A DNA stretch of 64,000 nt, from IMG/VR virus record IMGVR_UViG_2061766007_000468; one strand, given 5' to 3'. The notes beneath the pieces are model-generated. The model was not told where the DNA came from. It searched no databases and saw only the letters and a program-made list of their open reading frames with translations. This document shows, piece after piece, positions 11,587 to 22,321 of the stretch. Position 1 is the first letter of the stretch. Each line of letters starts with the position of its first letter. The position numbers were made by a program, and so were the translations under genes. The stretch comes from an uncultured virus (IMG/VR IMGVR_UViG_2061766007_000468) (Duplodnaviria; Heunggongvirae; Uroviricota; Caudoviricetes).

Positions 11587-13162
11587 CTGTTAAATGAATT
11601 TTACACACTTTTTAACGATTTGCCACACTTTTGCACAAAACTTTTGTGTTTGTAATCGTATGAAAATAATGTATATTATAAACTGAAAGTAGCAAGCAAG
11701 TTCTTGGCCNNNNNNNNNNTAGTGGATTTTGAATGTCCGATGGATGCTGACGGCCAAAATAAGCGTTCATCGGGCATTTTCTTTTATTATGATACAGCAG
11801 TGTGGCAGAAAGATAGAGCTTCGGCTCAACCAAGAACAAGAACGGATATGCTTTTGTTCTTGTGCTGCCGCACGTCGAGCCTACAACTGGAAACTTGCTG
11901 CACAGAACGCCGCCTACGAACTAGCCAAGCAGAATACTCCCGAAGGACAGAAGGTCAAGTGCAAGCTCGGTTCCCCTATTGACTGGCATCGTGAATGGGT
12001 AGAATACAAACACCTCGAAGGCAACGAGTGGCTGATGGAACTGTCCAAGTGCTGCGGGCAAGAAGCATTAAGAGACCTCGGAACTGCGTGGCAAAAGTTC
12101 TTCAATGGAACTGGTAATCATCCGCAGTTCCACAAGTTCGGTGAACTGGATTCCTTCCGGCTTACTGGGTCGGTTTACATCGGTCGAGACTTCGTACAGC
12201 TTCCGTCACTTGGTAGAGTGAAGCTCAAGGAGAAAAACTACATAGTCATACCCGATGGAGTAGACAAGGTGCCTATCTCGATGGCTACCGTATCCAGACA
12301 AGGCTCACATTGGTATGTCTCGTTCGCCTACAAGACCGACATCATCCCGCTATACGAGAATGTCGATATTACCGATGACGAATACGATGTAGTAGGTGTT
12401 GACCTTGGAATAAAGGACTTGGCTATCACTTCTTATGGCGAGATCATCGCCAACCCGAAATCCTACCAGAAGCACTTGCAGCGTCTCAAACGATGGCAAC
12501 GAAAGCTTTCTCGTAGAAAGAAAGGTTCTAAAAACCGCAAGACGGCCATACGCAAAGTAGCCGACTTGTACAGAAAAATCACCAACATCCGTATCAACTC
12601 GGCTCACCAGTGTACCACTTCTTTAACGAGGAAGCTGGCTCCGAAGATGCTCGTAATCGAGTCCTTGAAACCGAAGAACATGAGCCGTAATCGCAAGTTA
12701 GCGTCCTCCGTTCTCGATGCCAACTTCAATCGTATTGCTACTCAGTTAGAATACAAGTGCAAGTGGCTCGGAATTAAGCTGGTTAAGGCTCCGCAGTTCT
12801 ATGCGTCGAGTCAATACTGCTCCGAGTGCGGATGTTATCAAAAGAAAGATTTAAAACTCACTGACCGTGAGTGGACTTGTCCCCAATGTGGTTGCCACCA
12901 TGATAGGGATGTGAATGCAGCCAGGAACTTGCGTTTCTATGGCTTGTGGTTGCTTGGCTATGCCAATCAGCAAACTGCGGCGAGTTACGCCGTGGCAGCT
13001 TGCCCTGTAGGTGAACGCCCACGGGAAGGTAGTGGTTCCGAACCACGCCCGAAAGACTTGAGGTTACAGTTCTTTGAAACACAAGAACAGTGCAAGTCGT
13101 TGAAGCAAGAAATCACTAGCTCAATTCAGCATTGTGCATAATTGTGCAAAATGATTTAACGG
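11587..13162 (+). mobile_element. non-autonomous TnpB-only IS (IS607-like ends)
   Basis: left CTGTTAAATGAATTTTACAC and right (rc) CCGTTAAATCATTTTGCAC are imperfect inverted ends; ends in ...AACGG; no transposase inside. Confidence 0.55.
11789..13141 (+). CDS. tnpB: RNA-guided endonuclease TnpB
   Basis: HTH_OrfB N-terminus, RuvC GVDLG / VIESL / DRDVNAARN, CSECG...CPQCG Zn ribbon. Confidence 0.93.
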   Translation: MIQQCGRKIELRLNQEQERICFCSCAAARRAYNWKLAAQNAAYELAKQNTPEGQKVKCKLGSPIDWHREWVEYKHLEGNEWLMELSKCCGQEALRDLGTAWQKFFNGTGNHPQFHKFGELDSFRLTGSVYIGRDFVQLPSLGRVKLKEKNYIVIPDGVDKVPISMATVSRQGSHWYVSFAYKTDIIPLYENVDITDDEYDVVGVDLGIKDLAITSYGEIIANPKSYQKHLQRLKRWQRKLSRRKKGSKNRKTAIRKVADLYRKITNIRINSAHQCTTSLTRKLAPKMLVIESLKPKNMSRNRKLASSVLDANFNRIATQLEYKCKWLGIKLVKAPQFYASSQYCSECGCYQKKDLKLTDREWTCPQCGCHHDRDVNAARNLRFYGLWLLGYANQQTAASYAVAACPVGERPREGSGSEPRPKDLRLQFFETQEQCKSLKQEITSSIQHCA

Positions 13163-13183
13163 AATTAACCTAATTTATACAGC

Positions 13184-13867
13184 ATGAGTATTTACGTTGT
13201 CGGTTCCTCGAAGAACCTCTTTCTTGAATGCGACGATATCCGCGAGAAATTCATCGTCGACGCACCGCACGAAGGCGCGAACATTGACCTATTGAACCCT
13301 TGGTACTGCGAGCTAACTGGCTTGTACTACCTCTGGAAGAACGCTACGTCCAAGTATGTCGGTCTGGAACACTACAGACGATTCTTCGCCTCGCCGAAGA
13401 AGAACAAGCAGCGAATGAGCAAGGAGGAAGTCGAGACTATCCTCAAGGATAACGACATCATCACTTGCCGATTCCGACATCATCCCAAGGTCACCGGGTT
13501 CAGCTCCGGTTACGACTGGTTCCATAAGGCTGGCCCAGCCGACGAGTTCGATGCGTTCATTGAAATAATGAACAGCAAGTTCAACGGACTCGGCGACAAG
13601 TTCGCCGACTATACGAAAGAAAGGGAACTAGTCCAGTGCAACATGTTCGTCTCCACGAAGGCCGTGGTGGACGAATATTGCGAATGGCTGTTCCCTAAGT
13701 TGGCTGCTTTCGACAAATACCGTGGTCTGAGCGATTCTAACCGCCGCATCGACGGATACCTTGCCGAGCATATTTTCGGCTACTGGATACGCTCTAGGGG
13801 CCTTAGAAACTACGTCGCGACGAAGGTCGAGATGCACTTCATGGCCAGAGCCGGATCCAAGATTTAG
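13184..13867 (+). CDS. DUF4422-family glycosyltransferase-like protein
   Basis: NPWYCELTGLYYLWKN...VGLEHYRRFF, CNMFV and RIDGYLAE signatures. Confidence 0.85.
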   Translation: MSIYVVGSSKNLFLECDDIREKFIVDAPHEGANIDLLNPWYCELTGLYYLWKNATSKYVGLEHYRRFFASPKKNKQRMSKEEVETILKDNDIITCRFRHHPKVTGFSSGYDWFHKAGPADEFDAFIEIMNSKFNGLGDKFADYTKERELVQCNMFVSTKAVVDEYCEWLFPKLAAFDKYRGLSDSNRRIDGYLAEHIFGYWIRSRGLRNYVATKVEMHFMARAGSKI

Positions 13868-13872
13868 TTGTG

Positions 13873-14631
13873 CTAGACCCAACCCACGGCGGCAAGGACT
13901 TTCTTGTAGCCAGTAGGTTCGAGCGAGCTGCCCCACTCGGTCATGTTGCCCTTCAGTCCGTTGTTGAAGGGATACACTTCCTTGTATACGAGCACATGGT
14001 TGTCCTTGTATCCACTGAGTTCGTAGAACACAAGTCCTTCATATACCGCAAGCAAGTCGTGCAGTTTCTTTCCCGGTCTGACCGGAAGTCCTTCGGTGAG
14101 GTACTTCTCGTCCTTCCAGATGACCTCGAAGGTGTTTCTGTCGTCGTGACAGACGTTCTTTCCTACGAGGATGATCTGTTCGATGTTGTCTGACTTCAGA
14201 ACGGCGTCTGCAGCCGCGACATCGCAGTTGAAGTTGAAAGTACGGACGGCGGACTTCCCACGGAATTTCGGAAGCGCCTTGTTCGAGGGCACGATCGGTT
14301 CGCCGACGAATCCGCCGTTCATCACGAGCTGCGTGAGCTTGTGATCCTTGACGTATTCGGCGACCTTGGTGAGCGCACCGCCGCAATAGACGATTTCCGT
14401 CGGTTCGGCGACGCCCATCGGATTTTTCGGTTCGGCATCTTCCGGGATGCTGTCGAACACCTTTACTCCCCAAGACTCGATCAGTTTCACACGAGCCTTG
14501 CCGACGTCGCTGGTCGGCATCGGGTCGAGAACGACTCCCTTGAGGAACACGCTTCTCTGTGCCATGTACTTGATTGTGATGAGGTCGTCGATATCTTGGT
14601 CGATATCGGCTATGTAGATAACGTTTTTCAT
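13873..14631 (-). CDS. inosine/uridine-preferring nucleoside hydrolase-like protein
   Basis: N-terminal DIDQDIDD Asp cluster, VMNGG, FNFNCD..AA, LHDLLA. Confidence 0.7.
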   Translation of the reverse strand: MKNVIYIADIDQDIDDLITIKYMAQRSVFLKGVVLDPMPTSDVGKARVKLIESWGVKVFDSIPEDAEPKNPMGVAEPTEIVYCGGALTKVAEYVKDHKLTQLVMNGGFVGEPIVPSNKALPKFRGKSAVRTFNFNCDVAAADAVLKSDNIEQIILVGKNVCHDDRNTFEVIWKDEKYLTEGLPVRPGKKLHDLLAVYEGLVFYELSGYKDNHVLVYKEVYPFNNGLKGNMTEWGSSLEPTGYKKVLAAVGWV

Positions 14632-15263
14632 TACAAATAAAATTCCTTCGACTAAAAGACTTTTAGCCAGTTACCCCACACGGGCGTATTGACGGAACTG
14701 CGGTGGATCTGCAAGTACGCACGGTCTTTTCCGGCGTCGTCGACCACCTTCGCTTCCGCCAAGTATCCGAACTTGGATTTGCCTATGCGGTTCTTCAAAT
14801 TTATTTCCATCGTCTTGCCAGCAGCCACCGGGCTGTCGGCAAGGCATTCTCCGGCGACCATTTCCATGGTGCCGACACCAGGCAAGTTCTCCAAACGGAA
14901 CTTGAGCTGGTATTTTTCCTTGGGCGTCTTGTTCACTGTCCAGTCCAAGATGGACGTCTTATTCCTTGCCATGTTAAACCTCACTTATTTGTTTCCGCGT
15001 ACTTGATATAAATATATCCACGAGGCAACTTAGGTCGGCCAGTGATCTTACGCCAGATAGCGGATCCGACCACATCAACTATGCTCCAGTAGACAATCAT
15101 GAACGTTAAGCCAAGAAGCAGCGTATACCACTCCTTGCCCCAGTGTTCAAGCATCAATCCCGGTACGATAAAGCACGGAGCCACCATCACGACAAAAAGG
15201 GCTAGACCTACGACGAGCAACGCGAACGCGCCAGTTATGCACAATGCGTTCCAGCCTACATCC

Positions 15264-15857
15264 TTAAAGAATTCCTTCATCTTCGGCCTCCTTGACAGCT
15301 TGGTCGAAACAGTGCTCGTTGAAATACTGTATCTTGAACGCATCGATCAGACGATGGACGTTCTGCCGAGAGCAGTGCTCCTTGTTGGCGATGTCCTGTA
15401 TAGACTGCAATGACTTAGCGTGCATCAAGAAGAATTTCTTGCCTCGCTGCGCCGCACGATGCGAAGACACGCTGTTCTTGACCTTGAACTCCTTCAATGA
15501 TGTGTCGTTAGCCGCCATGACAAGCATCCGGTCTTCCTTGGTCATTCCCTTCAGACCGTTCGTATCCATCTTCTCGTAGAAAAGCTGCATGAAGTCGACG
15601 CCCAGTTCCTTTCCGCGATTTATTGCGCGTTCCAGACCCTTGTCCGGCGGAACGACCCCGTTGCGTATCATGTTGTCCTGAAGTTCGCTCCAGCGCCCTT
15701 CCTGGCGCTTCTTCACGAACTTGAAACCAAGCTTTCGTGCGCGTTGCAGACAGTTCGCGTAACTCGCATGATTAGGCGGTATTTCTCCGTTCCGGATCAT
15801 TTCGTCCTCTTCTGGAGTCCACTTTTTGTAAACACGCTTTGTAAATATTTTTTCCAT
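15264..15857 (-). CDS. Myb-like repeat / HTH DNA-binding protein
   Basis: WTPEEDEMI and WSELQDNMI repeats; C-terminal sigma-r4-like HTH (SIQDIANKEHCSRQNVHRLI). Confidence 0.6.
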   Translation of the reverse strand: MEKIFTKRVYKKWTPEEDEMIRNGEIPPNHASYANCLQRARKLGFKFVKKRQEGRWSELQDNMIRNGVVPPDKGLERAINRGKELGVDFMQLFYEKMDTNGLKGMTKEDRMLVMAANDTSLKEFKVKNSVSSHRAAQRGKKFFLMHAKSLQSIQDIANKEHCSRQNVHRLIDAFKIQYFNEHCFDQAVKEAEDEGIL

Positions 15858-15928
15858 ACAAACACCTCATTGTAATATGAAAAAGGGGGATCCGTCCATA
15901 ACCGGATCCCCGTCACGACATTGAAATA

Positions 15929-16402
15929 TTATTTGGTTCGGAGAGATGCCGACAAATCGAGTGCGTTCTGCACCTGTTCCTTGGTCTTGCCAGTCTGGTC
16001 GGCGATGTCGGCGACGGACATTCCACTCTTGCGGAGAATGTTCACGGTCTTCACGAACTTGCCGACGATATCGGAAATGTGCTGGTTGGTGTGTGCGGAC
16101 ATCGGAACGAGCGTCAGTTCCATCTGGCCGTTAGCGGTCATGGTGGTCTTCTTGTTGAGGCCGAGCTTGTTGCGGACACAGCGGAGAGCCGCTTTCGTAC
16201 GGCCAGTCGGAACGATGTTCTGCTTGGCGAGTTCGATTTCATCCGGATTCCATGCGGCCGGCTTGACCAGTCCCAGTTCGCGACGACGCTGGTATACCGC
16301 CTTCTGCGTACGACCCGGAAGCATGGTGGCACCGTCTCGCAGCATCTTGTCTTCTTTGGCGGTGTAACGGCTGTACTTGCGTGATTGGATTTCGTTAGTC
16401 AT
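15929..16402 (-). CDS. Myb-like repeat / HTH protein, paralog of 15264-15857
   Basis: YTAKEDKML and WNPDEIEL repeats; GMSVADIADQTGKTKEQV HTH. Confidence 0.6.
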   Translation of the reverse strand: MTNEIQSRKYSRYTAKEDKMLRDGATMLPGRTQKAVYQRRRELGLVKPAAWNPDEIELAKQNIVPTGRTKAALRCVRNKLGLNKKTTMTANGQMELTLVPMSAHTNQHISDIVGKFVKTVNILRKSGMSVADIADQTGKTKEQVQNALDLSASLRTK

Positions 16403-16519
16403 TGGTTGTTTCCTTTGTTAGGGTTGTTGATGTTTAGAAATATAGTAAAGACCTTGACAGTCCAGTTAATTCTTTTTGTAAAAATTCATAAACACTATAC
16501 TCGTATTGACAAATAGGCG

Positions 16520-16709
16520 GTCGCAGTTTCAAGATTTCCAAGTGGGAACCTACGACCAAGCTGTGCCCAGTCTGTGGTACTATCAACCATTTTACCCTCG
16601 CAGACCGCATATACAAATGCGACTGCGGATATACCATGGATAGGGATACCCATTCTGCCCGTGTAGTATTGATGATTGGCTCGTCTAAAAGAGCTGAGTG
16701 CTTGGAACA
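16520..16709 (+). pseudogene. tnpB: C-terminal TnpB fragment (Zn ribbon plus RuvC-III)
   Basis: reads ISKWEPTTKLCPVCG...YKCDCGYTMDRDTHSAR with no N-terminal part; runs into gap. Confidence 0.75.
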
Positions 16710-17172
16710 NNNNNNNNNNNNNNNNNNNNNNNNNNNNNNNNNNNNNNNNNNNNNNNNNNNNNNNNNNNNNNNNNNNNNNNNNNNNNNNNNNNNNNNNNNN
16801 NNNNNNNNNNNNNNNNNNNNNNNNNNNNNNNNNNNNNNNNNNNNNNNNNNNNNNNNNNNNNNNNNNNNNNNNNNNNNNNNNNNNNNNNNNNNNNNNNNNN
16901 NNNNNNNNNNNNNNNNNNNNNNNNNNNNNNNNNNNNNNNNNNNNNNNNNNNNNNNNNNNNNNNNNNNNNNNNNNNNNNNNNNNNNNNNNNNNNNNNNNNN
17001 NNNNNNNNNNNNNNNNNNNNNNNNNNNNNNNNNNNNNNNNNNNNNNNNNNNNNNNNNNNNNNNNNNNNNNNNNNNNNNNNNNNNNNNNNNNNNNNNNNNN
17101 NNNNNNNNNNNNNNNNNNNNNNNNNNNNNNNNNNNNNNNNNNNNNNNNNNNNNNNNNNNNNNNNNNNNNNNN

Positions 17173-18322
17173 CGGTTGACTTGCACCCTGCCTTCCAAGT
17201 TCTCAATGCACCATCAAGGGGTATCTTGAACGAGGAAGGATGTTTGCTCTTTTGAGCGATATTGACTGCACCATTCCAGTCGGCATCAAGGACGGTTCCG
17301 TTCTTGCAATAGAATCTTCGGTTCTTGCGTGTTCCGTCTTTCTTGCCAGTTGTGCAGTCGGTCTGACTTGTCATAAACGGAGAAACTGTTTCTACTCGTT
17401 TTCCATTGAGTAGTGCCTTGTATGACAAGATTTGCTTGAACTTATAGAAAGGAACTTGTCCGAGTCTACGGTTATGATTTTTCTTATTGAACCCTTCCTT
17501 GGACTTGGAAGTATTCTTCTTGATATTGCTTAAATCTTCAAGAATAATGAAACTATCATTAGTGCTGTCAATGATTGCATTGGCAACCTTGTAGCACATA
17601 TCCGTGGACTGGTTCATTTCCTTAACTGATAGCTTGCTCTTATGTCGTCTAGCAGACTTGGTTCCCTTCTTCTGCAAGCAACGCTTCAAGTAGCGGAGTT
17701 TGCGCCTACGAGCATTATATTCCTTGTCGTTGAACATGATACCATCCGAGGTAATCGCAAACCTACGCTCACCCAAGTCTACACCGATGCAAGTGTCGTT
17801 CTGTACTGGAATTTCTGGTGCATCAAACGGAATAGACAGGAAAAACTTGCCTTCTCGCTTAAAGATGAGTGGGTCTTGGGTCGGATATTTCTTGAACAAC
17901 TCAATTAGACGGGGAAACTTAACTATTTCAGTAACAGCCCGCCGATTAGATTTCTCCGAGCAAAGCGATATTCCATCAATGGTCATCTTGGAGTACAGAC
18001 GTTTGTCCAACCGCATAGACAAGTTCTTCTTGGTTGGAATCTTGTGCTCTATATGCCCATTGGAGTTGATTGAACGGAATGCCGATATGCACTCCTTATA
18101 TATCTTGATGACACCTTGGGACGGTATTGTCGGAAAGTCTTCCCTCAAGATATAGTATACTGCGTTGTGTACGGACTTCAAGTCCAAGTGTATCTTATTG
18201 GAATCAAGTATGTTGGCACACTCGTTATATGCAAGTCTGGCTACTTCAAGAAGACTAGACCAGTATTCTTGGTCTGCTTTGTCCTTGAAGCGGAGTTCTG
18301 CATTATAAGTTATCGTGCACAT
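17173..18322 (-). CDS. tnpB: TnpB (IS200/IS605 type), 3' end in gap
   Basis: RuvC GVDLG / ILEDL / DADWNGAVNI; degenerate Zn ribbon. Confidence 0.9.
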
Positions 18323-18430
18323 ACTTTCACCCGTGTTCAACTTAAAGTTTATAAAATTCTTGCGACAGATGCAACCGTTTTGTACTCATTTCTCTACAAG
18401 AAACCAAGAAAGTGTTCCCAAAGTGTTCTC

Positions 18431-18476
18431 GTGGGCATTCCTAAGCCACCCTAAAGGGTGGCATCTTCCTGCCCAC
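18431..18476 (-). mobile_element. IS200/IS605-type subterminal hairpin (left end of the TnpB element)
   Basis: GTGGGCA...GCCACCCTAAAGGGTGGC...TGCCCAC nested palindrome upstream of tnpB. Confidence 0.65.
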
Positions 18477-18545
18477 TCTTTTTGTGAATTAGTTTCGGTG
18501 GACGCCTCTTTCATTTCGGCGCGAGGCAGTCCCGCGAGGTTCGTG

Positions 18546-19241
18546 TCATTCTATCGACGGAGTCTGCTTCACGTTCTGGAATGCGTGGAACAGTCCGAGA
18601 ACCGTACTGGCGTCGTCTCCGAACAGGCCGAGGTCGATCGCGTCGAGCTGATCCTTGAAGTCTTCGTAGTCCTCGATGCCACGGTTGAGGATGTCGGTCA
18701 AGATGCGGATGACATCCCTGATATACGACTTTCCGATGTAGTTTCCGCGCTTGATGTACTTGTTGATACGAATGAGCGAGGAAATCGGATATTCGGAATG
18801 GGTATAGAATGTCTGCCCGGTGGACTTGGCGACGAGCCAGTTAGGCGTGAAGTCTACGTTGCTTATCGGAGAACTGTCGAGCGCCTTGGTGAACCTAGCA
18901 CCAACTTGGACATGGGCGAAGTCGAATGACTCCAGAAGTTCATCGAGCGAATTCTTGAAGTAGTTGCAGAACTGGACGGTGTGCCCATCGATCTTCGCCG
19001 TAACGGCGTTCTTCGTCACGCACACTACGTTGTCTTCGCCGATCTTGCTGCGGACATCGTCGAACTGATTCTTCCATACGGGGTACAAGTCGAAATCGTT
19101 CGGGACTTCCTCGTTAAGGCTGTTGCCAGCCACATAGAAGCTGCCTACTTTGTCATAGATTTTATAGGCGAACGGCATGCGAGCTTCGATGCGCTGAGCA
19201 AGCTTGATACAGATTTGTTCTTCGAACTTCGTGTCAATCAT
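18546..19241 (-). CDS. nucleotidyltransferase (poly(A) polymerase/CCA head-like) protein
   Basis: YVAGNS...NDFDLY and SFDFAHVQ resemble class II NTase motifs. Confidence 0.5.
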   Translation of the reverse strand: MIDTKFEEQICIKLAQRIEARMPFAYKIYDKVGSFYVAGNSLNEEVPNDFDLYPVWKNQFDDVRSKIGEDNVVCVTKNAVTAKIDGHTVQFCNYFKNSLDELLESFDFAHVQVGARFTKALDSSPISNVDFTPNWLVAKSTGQTFYTHSEYPISSLIRINKYIKRGNYIGKSYIRDVIRILTDILNRGIEDYEDFKDQLDAIDLGLFGDDASTVLGLFHAFQNVKQTPSIE

Positions 19242-19242
19242 A

Positions 19243-19770
19243 TCACTTGTCCGTGCTTATGGTTTCCTTGATGGTTTCCTTCACAACAGAAGATGCTGTG
19301 TCCTTCACGGCTTCGACTACCTTGCTGGTAGTTTTAGCCGCCTTCTTAGCGCCGTCAGTGACCGTTTCCTTCACTGTACCAACCGCTTCAACCGCATAGC
19401 TGTGGATGATGGTTCCCACGTCCTTGAAAATCTTGACGCCTTCGTTGCCGATGTCCTTTGCCGTGTCGGTGTTGACCAGGTATTCGGCGGCTTGTATGCC
19501 AGCGATCATGTACACGGCCTTCTTGGTCGGAACGAAAGCGGACATGGCGATGAACACGATGGCGAGGATCATGCTGATGAATGTATACTTGCACCACTTC
19601 TTGGTGCCAGCCTTCGACGTGTCGAACTCGTTTTCAGCCGCGCAACAGCCCATTATTATGAGCGAGATACAAGCGGATATGCCAAAGAACAAGCCGAGTC
19701 CGAAGGTGACGTCTTCGACACGTTCGATGACTTCTGCGAGGTAGACGAGGATACTGAGGGTTGTGAACAT
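19243..19770 (-). CDS. hypothetical membrane protein
   Basis: hydrophobic helices, GGAG RBS. Confidence 0.6.
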   Translation of the reverse strand: MFTTLSILVYLAEVIERVEDVTFGLGLFFGISACISLIIMGCCAAENEFDTSKAGTKKWCKYTFISMILAIVFIAMSAFVPTKKAVYMIAGIQAAEYLVNTDTAKDIGNEGVKIFKDVGTIIHSYAVEAVGTVKETVTDGAKKAAKTTSKVVEAVKDTASSVVKETIKETISTDK

Positions 19771-19776
19771 GGTTGA

Positions 19777-20262
19777 TTACTCCTTGTTGTGTTTGTTGTG
19801 GTTCTTGGTGCGCTTATTCAATGGTTTCTTGTGGAAGTCCCGCCGATCTTTATTCAGTCTGTCGGTCGGCTTGCGGTCGTTCGGCACAGCCAGAATGTAG
19901 AACGGAGAGTCGTTCTCGTATCCAGTCACCGCGTAATCGACATGGAGAGGATTGGCGTACTCCTTGATCTTGTCGAAGAGCTTGTCCGGATTGAAGGTGA
20001 ACGGCTCCCAGAAGAACACCGTATTGGTATCGCCCAGAGTCTTCAAGATGTAGTTGTAGATCCGCTTGTTGTTTGACAACAGGATGATTCCAGAATACTC
20101 GCGAGTCTGGAGCGAACGGAGAATGAGCCGCATGTAGCTCGGAACTTCGTTCGGCTGCAATACCTTCCTTACCTTGACAAATGGGCGCAGTTTCTTCTTG
20201 ATGCTTCTCCATAAGAACCATTCGGAAATGCGTTCAATGAAGTTGCTGATTTTCGAAAACAT
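19777..20262 (-). CDS. hypothetical protein
   Basis: AAGGA RBS, 161 aa. Confidence 0.55.
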   Translation of the reverse strand: MFSKISNFIERISEWFLWRSIKKKLRPFVKVRKVLQPNEVPSYMRLILRSLQTREYSGIILLSNNKRIYNYILKTLGDTNTVFFWEPFTFNPDKLFDKIKEYANPLHVDYAVTGYENDSPFYILAVPNDRKPTDRLNKDRRDFHKKPLNKRTKNHNKHNKE

Positions 20263-20515
20263 GGTTGTAATTCCTTTTGTGGTTATCTTGTGAGTAATTC
20301 GCTAGCAGACGGAACCAGGCCCATAGCGCACATGCGCATGAATCTGTCGTCGTTAGGCTGTGTGATAGGGGCGGTCGTCATCTTGATGCGCTGCCTCGGA
20401 ATGATGTCTTCGATGTCGGTGCCTCGGCAGTCGACTTCGATCACCCATTCTTGTCTACGGAGTCCGAAGTTCGGTTCTCCGCGCCAATAGTCTTCAATGT
20501 TCTCAATTGCCATAC

Positions 20516-21093
20516 TTACCTCGCTCGGCAATAAAGTTCAAGGTACTGGTCACGCGCCAAGGCCACGTTGCCTTCCATCGCAAGCTCTATGAGCTTGATG
20601 TCCAGCTTGCGGTCGATGGACTTGCGACGACCATCCACGTATTCGATATGGTATTCGATATCGGTATCGCTTACACGGCGGAAGTGGAATGTGGATCCGT
20701 CTGTGTCGCCAGCGTTGATGCCAAGCACTCCGCAGATTGCGCACTGGACTTGCATCTTGAACATGTCGACTTCGTGCTGTTTTTGTTCGTATTCGTCAAA
20801 AGTCATCATATTTCTTACCCACAAATATGTTCGTAGTACATCTTCACGGCGGTTTCGACGCACCCTTCCATAGCCAAGTCCACCATAATAGTAAATATCG
20901 TGCTATCGAGAGTTCTGCCGTCGGTAAATGCGATGTGATATTCGATTCGATCGTCGTCTATCTTTTTGAACGTAAACTTAGATTCATCAGCCTCGTTTGG
21001 CTTGATGTCGTGAATGTCACAGATGGCCTTAAAAACTGATTTTTTAAATTCAATTCCTTCAGCGGTATCTGGCGTGTAATCGTCAAAATCCAT
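20516..21093 (-). CDS. two tandem paralogous small proteins (20516-~20809 and 20815-21093)
   Basis: shared M.FD.Y...AIC...F.F.....D.IEYHI...DGR...LAMEG pattern. Confidence 0.65.
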
Positions 21094-21105
21094 AATTCAT
21101 TTCCT

Positions 21106-21348
21106 TTATACAGAATAATCGGCAAACCCGGCGGCACGTTCCAGTCGGCGCAGTTCAGTAGTCAAGTTCTTTGAAGCATGTACCGGATCTCTCGATGATC
21201 CAGCGACCGGACACCACTTGTCCGGACTGCCTACCATGACAAGCTTCATGTGCTTTCGCCCCCATTTAGCTTCCCATCTACCACTCTTCAGTGCTTTGTT
21301 GACAAGGTCTTGCATCGTCTTGTCTATCTTTCGTAATCCACAACGCAT
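21106..21348 (-). CDS. HicA-like small protein
   Basis: ~80 aa with W....GRKHMKL...P.AGS..D pattern of HicA-type folds. Confidence 0.5.
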   Translation of the reverse strand: MRCGLRKIDKTMQDLVNKALKSGRWEAKWGRKHMKLVMVGSPDKWCPVAGSSRDPVHASKNLTTELRRLERAAGFADYSV

Positions 21349-21790
21349 AAAAATTCCTTTTTTGTTAAATTGTTTACAAATAGCCACGCCACTCGACCTG
21401 GCTACGAATGTGTTGATTATACTCCTAGTAGGCGTAGCGAGAATCGTAGAAATCGTCGATGGCGCAGAGCATCCGACGATAGCACATATAGATGTCGTCG
21501 AACTTGTCGTATTCGTCCAGCTTGCGGAACTGTTCGCTTTCGGAGAGACGAGCCTTGATCTTTTCGTACATGACATCGGGAACTTCACATTCTTGAATGT
21601 CGCTGACGGCAATCGGAGATTCGTGGGCCTTGACGGCTTCGGCTTCTTCCTTGGTGTTCGTCCAAGTTATTTTCGGTCTGTAGGCCGGGTTTACGTGGGT
21701 CGATGTGACCTTGAATCTAATCATGTTTCTACCTCTGGTTAAAATATAACTTCTACCTACTGGTTTGTCAATAGGTAGTAGCTAAAAAAG

Positions 21791-22252
21791 TTAATCTTTG
21801 TTGTGCTTGCGGATCTGGTCGCGGATGTACTGCACATTTCCGGCGATGTTCGGATGCAAGTTTCCGTACGTGCCGTCGGTCTTTGCGTATACATAGTCGA
21901 TGTTGTCGATGAGAGTCATGAGAAGCTTCTCGACATCGAGTTCGACAGGCCCCTTTTCGACGACTTCGCCAAGCACGACATCGTTCTTGTATACTGTAAG
22001 AGGGCCATAGTTGCTGATGTAGCGGCCTTCCTCGGTCTCTATATAGTTGCGGAGAAGGCGAGGGTTCTCGTCCTCTACGCCGTGGCCTTCGATGTACTTG
22101 GCTACGACCGCGCCGTGTTCATAGGCGATTTCGTACAAGCCGTCATCGAGCGTGGATGGATTCGACCTGCCCATAGGACCCGTATAAATGAAGCGAAACT
22201 TGTCACCAATATTGATGTCATTGCCCTTGAGGTCTTTCAATCCAGTTTTCAT
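21791..22252 (-). CDS. YopX-like phage protein
   Basis: TGLKDLKGNDINIGD signature. Confidence 0.6.
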   Translation of the reverse strand: MKTGLKDLKGNDINIGDKFRFIYTGPMGRSNPSTLDDGLYEIAYEHGAVVAKYIEGHGVEDENPRLLRNYIETEEGRYISNYGPLTVYKNDVVLGEVVEKGPVELDVEKLLMTLIDNIDYVYAKTDGTYGNLHPNIAGNVQYIRDQIRKHNKD

Positions 22253-22321
22253 CTTAATTCCTTTGGTTAGTTTGTGGAAAATGAATACGGGACCAAGGCA
22301 GTCCCGTATTCATTTGGTCAG

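Noticed and set aside
17173..18322. Cas12f/Cas14 call for the second TnpB
   Set aside because: Has an IS605-type end hairpin and no visible adjacent array; the downstream 460-nt gap prevents full exclusion
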